Shown here: positions 61,470 to 64,000 of the stretch, piece by piece
Layout: each line of letters begins with the position of its first letter
Position numbering within the stretch: the first letter of the stretch is position 1
Assembly (NCBI RefSeq): GCF_963921235.1
Contig: NC_086097.1
Coordinates: 75,642,001 to 75,706,000, forward strand
DNA: 64,000 nucleotides
Origin: Mobula hypostoma
Taxonomy: Eukaryota
Reading direction: 5' to 3'
Translations under genes and position numbers: made by a program
The notes under the pieces: model-generated
Told to the model about the DNA's origin: nothing
The model's database searches: none
The model's input: only the letters and a program-made list of their open reading frames with translations

Positions 61470-64000
61470 TTCAGATCTAACGATTGATGATCAAATGTGG
61501 AGCAGAAGGTATGAGCTCCAGTGGATTAGTTAAGCGGGGCATCTTTAAGGATCAACGCTATGGCTGGAGGTGTGGCAGGAGAGGCAGAATTCAAACCAGG
61601 CTGAAGCACAGAGGAAACCACAGCTCCTCTACCCATCATCTTATTGGCAAGTGTGCAGTAGCCGGAAAATAAGATCGATGATCATACCGCAAGACTGCTG
61701 TATCAGAGGCATATGAGACAGATCTCAATTGTCTCTTGCATTGAAACTTGGTTAACAGAGAATACGCCAGACACAGCGATCAGATCGGAAGGTTTTACTG
61801 TTTTCAGAATGGATCGAACCGCAGACACTAGTAAGGAAAAAGGTGGTGGCTTGTGCTTTTTTGTCAATTCTCGTTAGTGTATGGACATTAGGGTTATGTC
61901 AGCCTCTTGTTTCCCTGACTTAAAACACTTAACAATTAAATGTAGACTATTCTGTTTGCCTGTGGAATTCTCAACCGTGATCCTGACTGTAATTTATATA
62001 TCACCAGCGGCTGATTATAAACAAGATCTCGCTAAACTGCACGATCTTGCCCATCCTGATGCATTTCAAATTAATTAGCCAGGTCTATTTGAAGAAAACT
62101 TTGCTCAGATATCACCAGCATGTAACCTGTTGCACCAGAGGTCCCAATACACCAGACCACTGCTACACTACGATACAGAATGCCAATTGTTCCTTTCTGA
62201 GACTGTATTTTGGCAAGTGGAATCACTTGGCTTTACTCCTACTACCTGCATATAGATAGAGCCTAAAGAGCAAGGCTCCAGAGATCAAAACAAACAAGCA
62301 GATGTTATGGGAGGCAGAGGAGTGGTTACAGGTTGCCTTGAGTCAGAACTCATCTCAGGACCTGAATGACTGCACCCAGGTCATAACAGACTTTATTAAA
62401 AACAGCTGTGGATGAGTTTGTCCCCACAAAATCATTCAAGGCTTTCCCCAATCAGATGCCCTGGATAAATCATGAAATCAAAAATTTGCTGAAAGCCAGA
62501 TCAGAGGTATTCAAGTCTGGAGATCAAGAATGCTACAAGAGGTGCAGGTATGATCTCTGGATAGTCATCTCTTGGGTGAAGTGGAGATTCCAGACGAGAC
62601 TGGAATCAATGAGGGATGCTCAACAGCTGTGACAGAGTTTGAATGACTTAACCTCCTACAAAGTTAAATCCTGCAACAAAATGGTCAGCAGAACTTTGCT
62701 TCCAGATGAGTTCAATGCCTTCTATACTTGCTTTGACTACCAGTACAGGGAGGAATCTTCGCGCATTCCCATGTCTCCCATTGATCCTTTGGTCTCAGCA
62801 TCTGAAGATGGCGGGCTACCTTCAAGAGAGTGAATTCAAGGAAAGCATCCGGGCCAGATAGATTACATGGCCAAGTACTGAAGACCTGTGCTGACTAACT
62901 GGCTGGTGTGTTCACAGATATCTTCAACCTTTCGCTCTAGCAGTGTGTGGTACTCACCTGCTTCAAGCAGGCTTCAGTCATGCTGGTACCAAAGAGTGTG
63001 GTAACCTGTCTCAATGACTACTGCCCAGTGACACTTGCATCCACAGTGATGAAGTGTTTTGAGAGGCTGCTGTTGAAGCATATCAGTTTCTGTCTGAGTG
63101 GCAACTTGGATCTGCTCCAATTTGCCTAGTGATGTAACATGTCTATATCAGATGCCATCTTATTGGCTCTTCACAGAACCCTGAAATATTTGGACAGCAA
63201 AGATGCATTAATCAGGATGCTCTTTATAGATTACAGCTCAGCATTTAATACCATCATCCCCTCAAAACTAATCAGTAAACTGCCAAGACCTGAGCCTCAA
63301 TACCCATTTATGCAATTGGATTCTGGAATTTCTCACTTGCAGACTCCAGTCAGTTCCGATTGTCAAAAACGTCTCCACAATCTGCATGAGCACAAGAGCA
63401 CCACAAGGATGTGTGCTTAGCCCCCTGCTCTACTCAGTTTATACATATGCTTGTGTGGCTAACTGCAGCTCCCAACACCATATACAAGTGTGCTGATAGC
63501 ACCACTGCTGTGGGCTGTGTCACAGGTGGTGATGAATCAGCGTACAGGAGGGAGATTGATTGAGAATTTGGCTGAGTGGTGTAATAACAACAACCTCTCA
63601 CTCAATGTCAATAAGACTAAAGAACTGATTGTAGACTTCAGGGGAAGGAAGCCAAAAGTCCATGAACCAGTACTCATCGGAGGATCAGAGGAGGAGAGGG
63701 TCAGTAAGACTAAATTCCTGCATGTCACTACTTCAGCGGACCTGTCCTGAACCCATCATATAAATATAATTGCAAAGAAAGCTCAACAGCACCTCTACTT
63801 CCTCAGGAGTCTGCAGAGTATTAGCATGTCACCAAAAGCTTTGGCAAACTTCTATAGATGTGTGGTGGAAAGTGTGCTGACTGGATGTATTATGGCCTGG
63901 TATGGGAACATCAATGCCTTTGAGCAGAAAATCCTACAAAAGGTAGTGAATTTGGCTCAGTACATCACAGGTAAAGCCCTCCCAACCGTTGAGTGCATCT
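61470..64000 (+). mobile_element. Decayed Rex1/Babar-type LINE running off the window end
   Basis: [40 protein letters not shown]. Confidence 0.88.

Overview
Repeat-dense vertebrate nuclear DNA. The CR1, V-SINE, Rex1 and Penelope repeat set suggests a cartilaginous fish, probably a ray (inference). Most ORFs in the track are decayed retroelement fragments. Four things stand out. (1) A complete 1,604-bp Tc1 DNA transposon (19408-21011) with TA target duplication, 214-bp IR/DR-type terminal repeats and an uninterrupted 340-aa DD34E transposase. (2) A family of Penelope-derived non-autonomous elements carrying minimal type-I hammerhead ribozyme motifs (AGTC-CTGACGA-helix II-GAAAC-GTC-GACT). About ten copies are visible and two have an intact core. 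Several are fold-back insertions flanked by 9-14 bp target-site duplications (TSDs). (3) A CpG-island promoter (~32.9-34.3 kb) with a probable first coding exon (MSEEANQT, donor GA|GTAAGG), an in-frame uORF, a C-rich intronic minisatellite and hints of divergent antisense transcription. The host gene is not identifiable. (4) Many nested insertions: three-layer CR1, Hero-type in CR1, Rex1 in CR1, and a hAT MITE in a Penelope repeat. Boundaries of decayed repeats are approximate.
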